A stretch of DNA of 64,000 nt from an uncultured delta proteobacterium (GTDB taxonomy: Bacteria > Desulfobacterota > Binatia > Binatales > Binataceae), in assembly GCA_963756155.1 (NCBI GenBank), contig CAVWMQ010000010.1, positions 8,102 through 72,101 on the forward strand, read 5' to 3'. Made by a program: the position numbers and the translations under genes. Of this stretch, positions 1 through 8,684 are shown piece after piece; positions within the stretch are counted from its first letter, which is position 1, and each line of letters begins with the position of its first letter. The notes under the pieces were generated by a model. The model saw only the letters and a list, made by a program, of their open reading frames with translations, made no database searches and was not told where the DNA came from.

Positions 1-548
1 CGCCACGCCGCATGGTCGCGCACCGCGGCCACGTTGAAGCGTCCGCTGTACCCGCGATGGATCGCGGACACGGCGGCCAGGTCGCGTCCCGGCTCGAAGA
101 CGTCGATCTCGTAGTTGCCGGCCGTGGAGATATTCGCGGCCTGGCTCAGCACGGTGAACTTGCGGCCCAGCTCGCGCCATCCGAACTGGTTGTAGAAGGT
201 CAGCCGCTCGGCGAACAGCAGCGAGACCTCGAAGCCCTCGCGCGCCATGGTGGTGACTGCCAGGCGCATCAGGTCCGACGCGACGCCTTTGTGCCGATAG
301 TCCTCGCGCGTGAACACCGACCCGATCCCGCCCATCGGGACCGGATGGCCGCCGAGGTTCACGGTGCGATCGAAAATCTGCACGGTCGAGACCAGCGCCT
401 TGCCGTCGTGCGCGACCAGGCACAGTTCATCGCGGAAGCCGGGATCGTTCTGATTGTAGCGGGCGAAGAAGACGCGGTCGTTGTACCACAGCGCGAGCAG
501 GTCGAGCACCTGGTCGCGCTCGCCGGGGCGCGCCGCGCGGATTTCCAT
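1..548 (-). CDS. GNAT family N-acetyltransferase with sterol-carrier-like C-terminus (Eis-like); partial, continues beyond window start
   Basis: My own minus-strand translation, absent from the ORF track because it has no stop in the window: MEIRAARPGERDQVLDLLALWYNDRVFFARYNQNDPGFRDELCLVAHDGKALVSTVQIFDRTVNLGGHPVPMGGIGSVFTREDYRHKGVASDLMRLAVTTMAREGFEVSLLFAERLTFYNQFGWRELGRKF... It is stop-free down to base 1. The ATG at 548-546 lies 2 nt after the TAG of the upstream GspC-like gene. The plus ORF 12..758 is its antisense shadow. Confidence 0.65.
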   Translation of the reverse strand, partial: MEIRAARPGERDQVLDLLALWYNDRVFFARYNQNDPGFRDELCLVAHDGKALVSTVQIFDRTVNLGGHPVPMGGIGSVFTREDYRHKGVASDLMRLAVTTMAREGFEVSLLFAERLTFYNQFGWRELGRKFTVLSQAANISTAGNYEIDVFEPGRDLAAVSAIHRGYSGRFNVAAVRDHAAW

Positions 549-550
549 CG

Positions 551-1507
551 CTACTGGAGGTCGAACTGCAGCGTCATCGGCGCGCCGCCGCGCGTCACGC
601 CGACCTTGATCGACTGGCCGCTGGTGATGGTCCCCATCTGGCCCATCGCCTGGAGGGGATTGCCGATCGGGTTGCCGTTGATGCTGGTGATTACGTCGCC
701 GTCCTTGAGGCCGGCCTGCTCGAAGGGGGAGCCGGGGACGACGCTGGAGATCGTGTAGCCGTCGTACTTGCCATCCTGCAGGAGCGGGGTGGCCTGCACG
801 TCAGTCATCAGGTCACCCGGCGCTCTCAGCTTGTCTTCCAAATCTTTTTTTTTAAGCGCGAAGTGGTTGTTGCCGAGCTGGTCGATGTTGAGCGAGTCGT
901 CGTCGTCCGATGCGTGGGGCTGCATCGGATTGTTTCTTCTGCGCAGATTGAGCTGGCGGCCGTGATGCATCCGCACCGGCGGCATCCGCACTATCCCTGA
1001 TGGATCGGAGGCGACCGGCACCGGGGCTCCGGGCTCGCCGCCGCCCGGATTTTCGATCTCGATCGCGACCCTCCGCCCGTTGTGGTCGATGACCGCGCGG
1101 CTCTTCTCGACGCCGACCAGGCGGCCCGCGTCGGGGATGTCCTCGCCGAGCTGATACAGATTCTGCGTGCCGGTACTGTCCTCGATAATCGCAAACGGCT
1201 TGGCCTGGGACAGTTGCGAGGTGCCAAGCAGCTTCAGGTTCAAGTCCTGGTCGGTAGCCACGACCGCCGGTTGCTCCTGCGGCACCAGGTTGAAGACGTC
1301 GCGGGTGACGATTTCCTGGTAGTAAGCGCGCGGATGGTTCGTCGAGTCGGCGGAGACCTCCGCCTGCGGACCCACCGGCGCGCCGCTGCCCGACAGCGAG
1401 CGCGCGATCAGGTCGTTAGCCGATGCCGCGGCGAAATACGCGAGCAGTATGATCGCAATGAAGTTAAGCGCGGTGACATGACGCTCGGTGAATCTGAGCT
1501 CCATCAC
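551..1507 (-). CDS. PDZ domain membrane protein, type II secretion GspC-like
   Basis: N-terminal TM helix (ALNFIAIILLAYFAAASA), a central Pro/Asp-rich region and a C-terminal PDZ-like domain (GYTISSVVPGSPFEQAGLKDGDVITSINGNPIGN...). This architecture is typical of GspC/PilP-type proteins. No other T2SS genes are nearby, so the function is uncertain. Confidence 0.55.
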   Translation of the reverse strand: MMELRFTERHVTALNFIAIILLAYFAAASANDLIARSLSGSGAPVGPQAEVSADSTNHPRAYYQEIVTRDVFNLVPQEQPAVVATDQDLNLKLLGTSQLSQAKPFAIIEDSTGTQNLYQLGEDIPDAGRLVGVEKSRAVIDHNGRRVAIEIENPGGGEPGAPVPVASDPSGIVRMPPVRMHHGRQLNLRRRNNPMQPHASDDDDSLNIDQLGNNHFALKKKDLEDKLRAPGDLMTDVQATPLLQDGKYDGYTISSVVPGSPFEQAGLKDGDVITSINGNPIGNPLQAMGQMGTITSGQSIKVGVTRGGAPMTLQFDLQ

Positions 1508-1510
1508 TTA

Positions 1511-2869
1511 CTACCCTTCGGCCCGGTACGAGGATTCCTCGATCAGGCGGCCCACGTCGTAATTCCAGCGGCCTTTCCAGCGGTCGATCGTGAGACTGGC
1601 CTGAGTTTGCCCGTTGCGCACCATTTCCGTCAATTTGAGCAGGTAGATGCTCTCATCCTCGCCGCGCTCGTTCAACATGTGCTGGCGCTCGAGTCCCTTG
1701 ATCGCGATCGACAACAACTCGAGTCCCAGTTCCTGGAAGCGGATTCGGCCGGCGCGCGCGTCGAGACCCAGCTTGTGCGCGGCGTCGGTGAGCGCCAGGC
1801 GTTCCGGGAAGCTCCAGCGCTTGACGAGGTCCCACGCGGCCCCGAGACAATCGTCGTCGTAGAGTATGCCTTTAAGCAGCGCGGGCAGCGAGAGCATCAG
1901 GTCGGGCGGCATGCTGTCGGCGCATCGCACCTCGATATAGCGCTTGAGGCGGACCTCGGTGAAAATCGTGGTGAGATGGTTGGTCCAGTCGTCAACCGTC
2001 GCGCGCTCCTTGCCGTAGCCGCGTTCCATGTACTGGCGGAAGGTGAGGCCGGGCGGCTTGGTGAGGTCGGTGTAATGATGATCGCGGATGAGGAAGTACA
2101 TCGGAACGTCGAGGGCGTATTCGGCATAGTCGTCGAAGGAGGCATCGTCGCGGAAGACGAAGGGCAGGATGCCGGAGCGATCGGGGTCGGTGTCGGTCCA
2201 GATATGGCCGCGGAAGCTGTGGTAGCCATTGAGGTTGCCATCGGAGAGCGAAGAATTGGCGAAGATCGCATAAATTAGGGGCACAATTCCCATGGAAACC
2301 CGCAACTTTCTCAGTGCGTCAACCTCGTCGCCATAGTCCAGATTGGCCTGCACCCCAGCCGTCTGCTTCATCATGCGCTGGCCGAGACGTCCCTTGCGCG
2401 CCATGTACGGATACATGATCTGATAGCGGACCTTGGGCAGCAGCTCGATCTCGTCGATGCGGCTGATCGGTTGCATCCCGAGACCGAGGATGCGCGCGCC
2501 GAGATCGTAGCCGACTTCGATGAGCTGCTGGATGTGTCCGGAGAACTCGCGCTGTGCGCAGTGGATCGTATCGCACTGCTCGCCGGAGAGTTCGATCTGG
2601 CCGCCGGGCTCGATCGTGATCGCGTCGCGCTTGCTCTTGAGCGCCAGGATGCGGCCGTTCTCGAATTCGGGTTCGTAGCCGAAGCGGTCGGCCAGCGCCT
2701 TGAGAATTTCCTCGACGCCGCCGGGACCGGAGAAGGGAAGGGCGCGGCCGTCGCGCAATGAGACCGCGACTTTCTCGTACTCGGAGCCGACTCGCCACTG
2801 CTCTCGCGGCTTGGCTCCGGTGGCGAAGTACCGAATCAGGTCCTCTTTTTTCTCGACCAACTCGCTCAT
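1511..2869 (-). CDS. gshA: glutamate--cysteine ligase (GCS2 / plant-proteobacterial type)
   Basis: 452 aa with GCS2-family features (…RISRIDEIELLPKVRYQIMYPYMARKGRLGQRMMKQTAGVQANLDYGDEVDA…FRGHIWTDTDPDRSG…). ATG at 2867-2869. The stop lies 3 nt before the GspC-like start. Confidence 0.85.
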   Translation of the reverse strand: MSELVEKKEDLIRYFATGAKPREQWRVGSEYEKVAVSLRDGRALPFSGPGGVEEILKALADRFGYEPEFENGRILALKSKRDAITIEPGGQIELSGEQCDTIHCAQREFSGHIQQLIEVGYDLGARILGLGMQPISRIDEIELLPKVRYQIMYPYMARKGRLGQRMMKQTAGVQANLDYGDEVDALRKLRVSMGIVPLIYAIFANSSLSDGNLNGYHSFRGHIWTDTDPDRSGILPFVFRDDASFDDYAEYALDVPMYFLIRDHHYTDLTKPPGLTFRQYMERGYGKERATVDDWTNHLTTIFTEVRLKRYIEVRCADSMPPDLMLSLPALLKGILYDDDCLGAAWDLVKRWSFPERLALTDAAHKLGLDARAGRIRFQELGLELLSIAIKGLERQHMLNERGEDESIYLLKLTEMVRNGQTQASLTIDRWKGRWNYDVGRLIEESSYRAEG

Positions 2870-3118
2870 TCAAGCGGCTCCCGAAGTGAAGGCCTGACCC
2901 CCAAGCGCGCCTATCATTGCCCCCACAATGACGCGAGGCAAGGCGGGTCGGCAAGCGTCGCGCGCTTCGCAGGGCGGCGCGCGACACCGCGAAACAGCAG
3001 CGGCGGTTGTTGCGTCACGCGGCCCGCATTAACATTCGCAGCGGACCGCGAAGGGTGATGCCGAAAATGATCAGGACCGCGACGACGATATCGACAACTT
3101 CACGCGCGGGGCGCGGCG

Positions 3119-4678
3119 ATGCCTGAGATCGTGCTCGCGATCGATCAGGGCACCACCGGAACCACCGTGTTCGCGGTCGACGATCGCGGCCGGATACGCG
3201 GCCGCGCCTATCGCGAGATTCGCCAGTTCTATCCGCGTCCCGGATGGGTCGAGCACGACCCGCAGGAGATCTATCGCTCGGTCGTCGCGCTCGCGAAGAA
3301 AGCACTCAGCGCGGCGCGCGCGGGCGCCGGCGATTTGCGCGCCGTGGGCATCACCAACCAGCGCGAGACGTTCGTGGTCTGGGAGCGGCGCACCGCGCGC
3401 CCGGTGTATCGCGCGATCGTATGGCAGTGCCGGCGCAGCGCGGAGATTTGCGAGGCGCTCCGCGAGCGCGAGCCGGAGGTGGCGCGCCGCACCGGATTGC
3501 TCGTCGATCCTTATTTCTCAGGCACCAAGCTGAAATGGCTGCTCGACGCGAAGCCCGAGTTGCGCGCACGCGCCGCGCGCGGCGAGCTTTGCTTTGGCAC
3601 TATCGACACCTGGCTCATCTTCAAACTCTCGCGCGGCCAGGATTTTGTAACCGACTACACAAATGCGTCGCGCACGATGCTGTTAAATCTCGCGCGGCTT
3701 GAGTGGGACGACGCGATGCTCGCGATGCTCGAGGTGCCGCGCGAGATGCTGCCGACACCAGTGAGTTCGCGCGGTCCCATGGCGGAGGCGGCGCCCGGAA
3801 CTATCTCCTCCCGCGCGGTTCCGATCGCGGCAGTAATCGGCGATCAGCAGTCCGCGCTCTTCGGCCAGGGCGCCGTGAATCCCGGCGACTCGAAGGCCAC
3901 CTACGGAACCGGCGCGTTCCTGCTGATGAACACCGGCGCGGAGATGATCGCGTCGCGCAACCGGCTGCTCGCGACGGCCGCGCTGGGTCCGATGGGTGAG
4001 CCGAAGTATGCGCTCGAAGGGTCGGTGTTCATTGCCGGCGCGGCGATACAGTGGCTTCGCGACGGACTCAAGCTGATAGCGAAAGCGCCACAGAGTCTCG
4101 CGCTGGCGCGCAAAAGCGCACAAAAAAACCGCGACCGCACGAGTCCCTACCTGGTGCCGGCCTTCGTGGGATTGGGTGCGCCGCATTGGGACGCAACCGC
4201 TCGTGGCGCGATCGTGGGAATCACGCGCGGCACCACCAGCGCCGACATCGTGCGCGCGGCACTGGACAGTATCGCGTACCAGGTGCGCGATGTATTCGTC
4301 GCGATGGAATCGGACGCGGGGCATCCGCTGTCCGAGCTTCGCGCTGACGGCGGCGCGGCGGCCAATCCCTATCTGATGCAGTTCCAGGCGGATATTCTGG
4401 ATAAGTTGGTGCGCCGTCCTAAGGTCGCAGAGACGACTGCGATGGGCGCGGCGATGCTGGCCGGCCTTGCGGTTGGAATCTGGAAAACGCCGGCGGATCT
4501 CGCGGCGCTCGGACGCGGCGCCGACCTGTTCATACCGAAAATGGGCGCAGCGGAACGTGAACGGCTGCTCGCCGGATGGCACGACGCGGTGACGCGCGTG
4601 CTCAGCGGAGCGAACGCGAACTCGAACGCGAATGCGAAAATCAAGTTAGCCGCGAGCTCAAATCGGTCGCCAAGCTAA
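3119..4678 (+). CDS. glpK: glycerol kinase
   Basis: MPEIVLAIDQGTTGTTVFAV…GITNQRETFVVWER…DTWLIFKLSRG…GTGAFLLMNTG… are classic FGGY/glycerol kinase motifs. There is a ~25-aa C-terminal low-complexity tail (ANANSNANAKIKLAASSNRSPS). Confidence 0.9.
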   Translation: MPEIVLAIDQGTTGTTVFAVDDRGRIRGRAYREIRQFYPRPGWVEHDPQEIYRSVVALAKKALSAARAGAGDLRAVGITNQRETFVVWERRTARPVYRAIVWQCRRSAEICEALREREPEVARRTGLLVDPYFSGTKLKWLLDAKPELRARAARGELCFGTIDTWLIFKLSRGQDFVTDYTNASRTMLLNLARLEWDDAMLAMLEVPREMLPTPVSSRGPMAEAAPGTISSRAVPIAAVIGDQQSALFGQGAVNPGDSKATYGTGAFLLMNTGAEMIASRNRLLATAALGPMGEPKYALEGSVFIAGAAIQWLRDGLKLIAKAPQSLALARKSAQKNRDRTSPYLVPAFVGLGAPHWDATARGAIVGITRGTTSADIVRAALDSIAYQVRDVFVAMESDAGHPLSELRADGGAAANPYLMQFQADILDKLVRRPKVAETTAMGAAMLAGLAVGIWKTPADLAALGRGADLFIPKMGAAERERLLAGWHDAVTRVLSGANANSNANAKIKLAASSNRSPS

Positions 4679-4701
4679 ATCGGAGTTAATACACATAGTC
4701 G

Positions 4702-5337
4702 ATGGCATCAGACGGACGACCACGAATCTCCACGATTTTCCCCGAACATTACGAGCAGGCCGCGGTCACGCTTGGCCGCGCCTTCATCAATGATCCACCC
4801 ATGAAAATGCTGCTGCCCGACGTAACCGATCCGGTCCAGCGCGCGCTGCATCTGGCCGACCTGTTCCGCGTGATGCTCGCGGTGCAGCGGCGCAACGGGC
4901 AGCCGGTGTTTGGCGTTATCGAAGACGGTAAGGTGATCGCGGCTGCAGTCGTCGAAGGCACCGGCCTTCCCAGCGTCACATCGACCGTCGTCACCGGTCT
5001 CGGCCAGATGCCGCGCATGATCCGTGCGGTGGGCTGGGGCGGCACGGTTCGCGGGGTCAATTTCCTGAGCGTGCTCGCAAATAATCATCCGCCGGAGCCG
5101 CATATCTATCTGAATCTGCTCGGCGTCGATCCGATCTATCAGAAACGGCACTGCGGCAGCGTCCTGCTCGACCATCTGCGAGAGTTGGCGAGCATCCGCG
5201 CGGATCTTGCGGGCGTTTACCTGGAGACCGCGACCGAGGCGAACGTCGCATATTACAGCGCGCGCGGCTACGAAGTGCTCGGCGAAATCTTTCCGCTGGG
5301 CGTGCGGATGTGGCGGATGTTCCAGCGCAAGCGGTGA
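4702..5337 (+). CDS. GNAT family N-acetyltransferase
   Basis: 211 aa. The acetyl-CoA binding region (…IYLNLLGVDPIYQKRHCGSVLLDHLRELASIRADLAGVYLETATEANVAYYSARGYEV…) is typical of GNAT. Confidence 0.7.
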   Translation: MASDGRPRISTIFPEHYEQAAVTLGRAFINDPPMKMLLPDVTDPVQRALHLADLFRVMLAVQRRNGQPVFGVIEDGKVIAAAVVEGTGLPSVTSTVVTGLGQMPRMIRAVGWGGTVRGVNFLSVLANNHPPEPHIYLNLLGVDPIYQKRHCGSVLLDHLRELASIRADLAGVYLETATEANVAYYSARGYEVLGEIFPLGVRMWRMFQRKR

Positions 5338-5341
5338 ACCT

Positions 5342-6178
5342 ATGTTGCGACGATCTCGACTGACGGCGCTGATCTTTCGACTATCCGCGATGCTCGCGAT
5401 CGCTCTCGGAGCCTTTCCCAGCGCATCGGCGTGGAGTTATCCGGGCGGCCCGCTCGACGACGTGACAGACGCGGCTCCTTATTGCGCGGGCTGCCACTCC
5501 TCGGTCGGAGTCGAGCAGTTGCGATCGCTGCCTCCTGCGCGCGCCGTGAAAATGACCGCGCAGAGTCACCTCGACGCGATCAAGGCCGGCACTGGCAACT
5601 ACTCCAAATTGAGCGCCGCGCAGCGCGCGCAACTGGCCGCCGACGTGCAGAGGGTCGATGACAACGCCACCATCTCACTGGAGGCGCCGCAGAGTGTAGC
5701 GCAGTTCCGAAACTTTACCGTGACGGTGACCGCGCGCGGAGGATCGGGCCCAGTGGTGGGCGTGGTCCTGCTCGACATCGACCTACGCAACCAGGCGCGA
5801 CCCATCCAGAGCGAGGGCTTCCAGATCACTTCGGCGCCGCAGGTGACCGGACCGGACGGCAACCCGCAGAACGATTGGCTCAACCGCCGCTACGACGATC
5901 TCGCGCGCAACTTGAGTTTCATCGTGGTGTTCGGCGTCCAGGCGGACCTCGCGGCGAATCGGTTCTCGACCTCGCGCGTCACCTACAACCTCAAAGCTCC
6001 CGACACACCGGGCAAATACACGATCTGCGCGGCGTTCCTGTATGGAACCGAGAAAGCCTCGCCTCTCGGGCGCGTGATGGTGCACGGACGCACGATGCCG
6101 CTGGGCGGATTCGACGGAGCCTCGGGCCGGATCAGCTTCAGCCCAGTCAAAGTGATCCAGGTACAAGCGGCTCGATAG
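5342..6178 (+). CDS. secreted hypothetical protein with a single CxxCH motif
   Basis: ATG at 5342 lies 4 nt after the upstream stop. Signal peptide MLRRSRLTALIFRLSAMLAIALGAFPSASA. One CAGCH motif (…AAPYCAGCHSS…) suggests a possible mono-heme c-type protein. Otherwise no recognisable family. Confidence 0.5.
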   Translation: MLRRSRLTALIFRLSAMLAIALGAFPSASAWSYPGGPLDDVTDAAPYCAGCHSSVGVEQLRSLPPARAVKMTAQSHLDAIKAGTGNYSKLSAAQRAQLAADVQRVDDNATISLEAPQSVAQFRNFTVTVTARGGSGPVVGVVLLDIDLRNQARPIQSEGFQITSAPQVTGPDGNPQNDWLNRRYDDLARNLSFIVVFGVQADLAANRFSTSRVTYNLKAPDTPGKYTICAAFLYGTEKASPLGRVMVHGRTMPLGGFDGASGRISFSPVKVIQVQAAR

Positions 6179-6206
6179 GCGACGCCCGTCAGTTGTTCGT
6201 CGCGCA

Positions 6207-6506
6207 TCAGCGATCGGGGTAGTCGCTGTCAATTCGCGCGCGCGGGCGAATCGTGGTGACGCGCAGCCCGCGCGACGTCCATCCGACGTCGAAGCCGACC
6301 ACGTCACCTTCGTTGATCAGATCGATCCCGGGCATCCGGCCGCCGATTCCCGCTCCGACTACCGCCACGAACGGGAACTCGAAGCGAATCTCACGGCCGC
6401 TGTGAGAGCGGACCACGCCGCGGCCGCGCGCGCGGTCCAGGCGCATGATCATGCCCTGGTAGAAGTTGCCGGGGAACCGCTCGCTGTCGAAGTCGTCCGT
6501 CATCAT
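6207..6506 (-). CDS. small hypothetical protein (possible OB-fold / cold-shock-like)
   Basis: 99 aa: MMTDDFDSERFPGNFYQGMIMRLDRARGRGVVRSHSGREIRFEF…DLINEGDVVGFDVGWTSRGLRVTTI. This loosely resembles cold-shock/OB-fold RNA-binding domains. The function is not established. Confidence 0.4.
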   Translation of the reverse strand: MMTDDFDSERFPGNFYQGMIMRLDRARGRGVVRSHSGREIRFEFPFVAVVGAGIGGRMPGIDLINEGDVVGFDVGWTSRGLRVTTIRPRARIDSDYPDR

Positions 6507-6566
6507 CTCAAGCTATGGACTAGCATCGCGAACCCGCGCGGAAAAGCCGGTCGCCCGCGCGGCGAT

Positions 6567-7403
6567 TCACAGCGGCACCGCGGTCCTGAACAGGATGAAG
6601 CGGCCCAGCATCTCTCCGACCAGCGCCGACATGACGGCGATATAGAGCAGGCCGGTGGCCGCCATGGTCTGCGGAATTTTGAGCGTCTGCCAGCACATCC
6701 ACACCAGCACCAGCGTCGCGATCGGCCCCAGCACCAGGCGGGTCGCCAGGAGCGCGAGATCCGAATCGAACAGCGTCCGGATCGCGGCGAAACCTGGGCC
6801 GCTGCCGATCGCGATCAATCCGATCGCGAGCATCAGTGCGATCAGGTCAGCGACCAGCGCGAGGCCGAGCAGCCGCACGAAGGTGCGCAAGTAGTCCACC
6901 GGCAGGTTGGGATCGATCAGATACCAGTGGCCGAAGAGCATCGCGCCGCTGACCAGTCCGAGCACCAGCGCCGAAGTGATCGCGGTGAGCGCGTACATCG
7001 CGCCCGCGATAATTCCGAACGACGCGGGCTCGAGCACCAACACGTTGGCAATCAGCGCCATCAATCCCGCGGCGAGCGCGAGCGCGTACAGGCGGGCGCG
7101 CAGCCGTCCGTTTTCGGTCCATAGCGTCGCCAGGTACATCGCCAGGACTATGCAGAACAGCGCCCACAGTCCCGCGGCGAACCATAGCGAGGTCTGCGAG
7201 AGCTCGCTTCCCTTGCCGCCGGCTCTGATCGCAAGCAGCCCAAGCCCAACCGCGCTGACCAGTCCCGAGGACAGGTAGACCGCGGCGCTGGATTTGTAGA
7301 ATCCCCGCTCGATCTCGAAGAAGGGAGGAATTGCAAGCGCGAACGCTCCGCCGAAGGCAAGCTCTCCAAACACTAGGAGAAAACAGACCGCAAACTTCGT
7401 CAC
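6567..7403 (-). CDS. polytopic inner-membrane protein of unknown function
   Basis: 278 aa with about 8 hydrophobic helices and no recognisable catalytic motif. Confidence 0.55.
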   Translation of the reverse strand: MTKFAVCFLLVFGELAFGGAFALAIPPFFEIERGFYKSSAAVYLSSGLVSAVGLGLLAIRAGGKGSELSQTSLWFAAGLWALFCIVLAMYLATLWTENGRLRARLYALALAAGLMALIANVLVLEPASFGIIAGAMYALTAITSALVLGLVSGAMLFGHWYLIDPNLPVDYLRTFVRLLGLALVADLIALMLAIGLIAIGSGPGFAAIRTLFDSDLALLATRLVLGPIATLVLVWMCWQTLKIPQTMAATGLLYIAVMSALVGEMLGRFILFRTAVPL

Positions 7404-7605
7404 GCACGAATCTTACCGGTCCGGGTTGGCGCCCGACAGGGGCTCGCGCGGCCTCGATTCGCGGGGCTCGAAGCGGCGCTTGCCGAGACGGCCGATCGGT
7501 GAAATAAATCATTCGGGGAAAAGCGAAGTAAGAATGACGTTTGCTGCGCGGCGCCACATGCGATTGTGCTAACCCTACGCCGAGACTAAGTTTGATTCAT
7601 ATTCC

Positions 7606-8070
7606 ATGGGGATGAGAACCACGATGCGTTTCTACAACATTGCGAAATTCCTTGTGATGGCGTCGCTCGCGACCGGCCTCGCGGCTTGCGGTGTAGTCGA
7701 GGCTCAGCGCCAGGCACAGGAAGCCAAGGAACAGGCCTTCGTGCACAAGGTCGATATCGCGCACATCTGGGTGAGCACCGAGTCGCCAGCGCCGGGCAAG
7801 CCTTACACCGTGCTCGGCGAGATGAGTTATACGGTGCCGTTTTCGCCGGACGCGATCGACGAGGATCAAATCCGCGACAAACTCAAGAAAGACGCGTATG
7901 AGAAGTGGCCAAATGATATCGATGCGATCGTGAAGGAAAACCAGTCAGTGTCGGCCGACGGTACCCAGGTGACGGTCACGGCGGAAGCGATCAAATACGA
8001 CTCATCGGTCGATCGCGAAGCGCTGCATCATATGAATGAGGGCACGGTCGCGTCGCCAAGCGGCAACTAG
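7606..8070 (+). CDS. lipoprotein of unknown function
   Basis: Signal peptide with lipobox (…LATGLAAC GVVEA). 154 aa. It sits in an AT-richer upstream region with a typical promoter context. Confidence 0.6.
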   Translation: MGMRTTMRFYNIAKFLVMASLATGLAACGVVEAQRQAQEAKEQAFVHKVDIAHIWVSTESPAPGKPYTVLGEMSYTVPFSPDAIDEDQIRDKLKKDAYEKWPNDIDAIVKENQSVSADGTQVTVTAEAIKYDSSVDREALHHMNEGTVASPSGN

Positions 8071-8092
8071 TCCGCGCTGAAAGTTCGCACGG

Positions 8093-8138
8093 AAACGGGC
8101 AGGCACGGATTGCGATCGCAATCCGTGCCTGCCCGTTT
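8093..8138. terminator. bidirectional rho-independent terminator hairpin between convergent genes
   Basis: Perfect ~20-bp inverted repeat aaacgggcaggcacggattgcgat / atcgcaatccgtgcctgcccgttt with T-tracts on both sides. It lies between the lipoprotein gene (+) and grxC (-). Further GC-rich hairpins follow at 8140-8230. Confidence 0.7.
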
Positions 8139-8340
8139 GCTTCACCGCCGCCGTCGCGATGCTCCGGCCCGCCCCCGCCGGGCCCCAGAGCGAATATGCG
8201 AAACCCGTCCCGGGTTTCGCATGTTCGCTCCGCGCCACGCTGGCGCCGCTCCGACACGCGCGGCCCCGCGGCGATGCCGCGGGGCCGCGCGCGTCTGCGT
8301 ATGCGAGCGATGCGCGCCGCCGCGCCCGCGCAGCCCGCGG

Positions 8341-8607
8341 CTACGCCGCGGGCCGCGCGAGCAGCGCGTCGAGCTTCTCTTCGTCGTCGAGCGCCTTCAG
8401 ATCATCGTAGCCGCCCACGATTTCGCCGTTGATGAAAATCTCCGGCACCGTGCGCCGCCCGCCCGACATCTCGACCATCTTCGCGCGCAGCGCATCGTCT
8501 TCGGTCACGTCGATTTCCACGAACGCAACGCCCTTGCTCTTGAGCAGGTTTTTGGCGCGGGTGCAGAACGGACAATAGGTGGTGGTGTAGACTTCGACTT
8601 TGGCCAC
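8341..8607 (-). CDS. grxC: glutaredoxin 3
   Basis: MAKVEVYTTTYCPFCTRAKNLLKSKGVAFVEIDV…VPEIFINGEIVGGYDDLKALDDE. Carries the CPFC active site and GG motif. Confidence 0.9.
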   Translation of the reverse strand: MAKVEVYTTTYCPFCTRAKNLLKSKGVAFVEIDVTEDDALRAKMVEMSGGRRTVPEIFINGEIVGGYDDLKALDDEEKLDALLARPAA

Positions 8608-8684
8608 GATATTCCTCTCAAATTGCGATTCTCGCGCTTCGGTTACCTCGAGTCCAACCTCGAGCGGCGGCGGATCGGCGCCGC

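Noticed and set aside
12-758. 248-aa plus-strand ORF at the window start
   Set aside because: It is an antisense shadow of the minus-strand GNAT gene (1-548) and of the GspC-like 3' end. The Arg/Ala/Gly-rich composition is typical of spurious high-GC ORFs.
1082-2278. 398-aa plus-strand ORF opposite gshA
   Set aside because: It lies entirely antisense to the well-supported gshA gene. It has no domain-like sequence and a high-GC artefact composition.
2319-4644. Multiple 60-300-aa ORFs overlapping gshA/glpK on the opposite strand (e.g. 2319..2987, 3683..4582)
   Set aside because: They are Arg/Ala/Pro-rich with no motifs. They are fully nested antisense within strongly supported genes.
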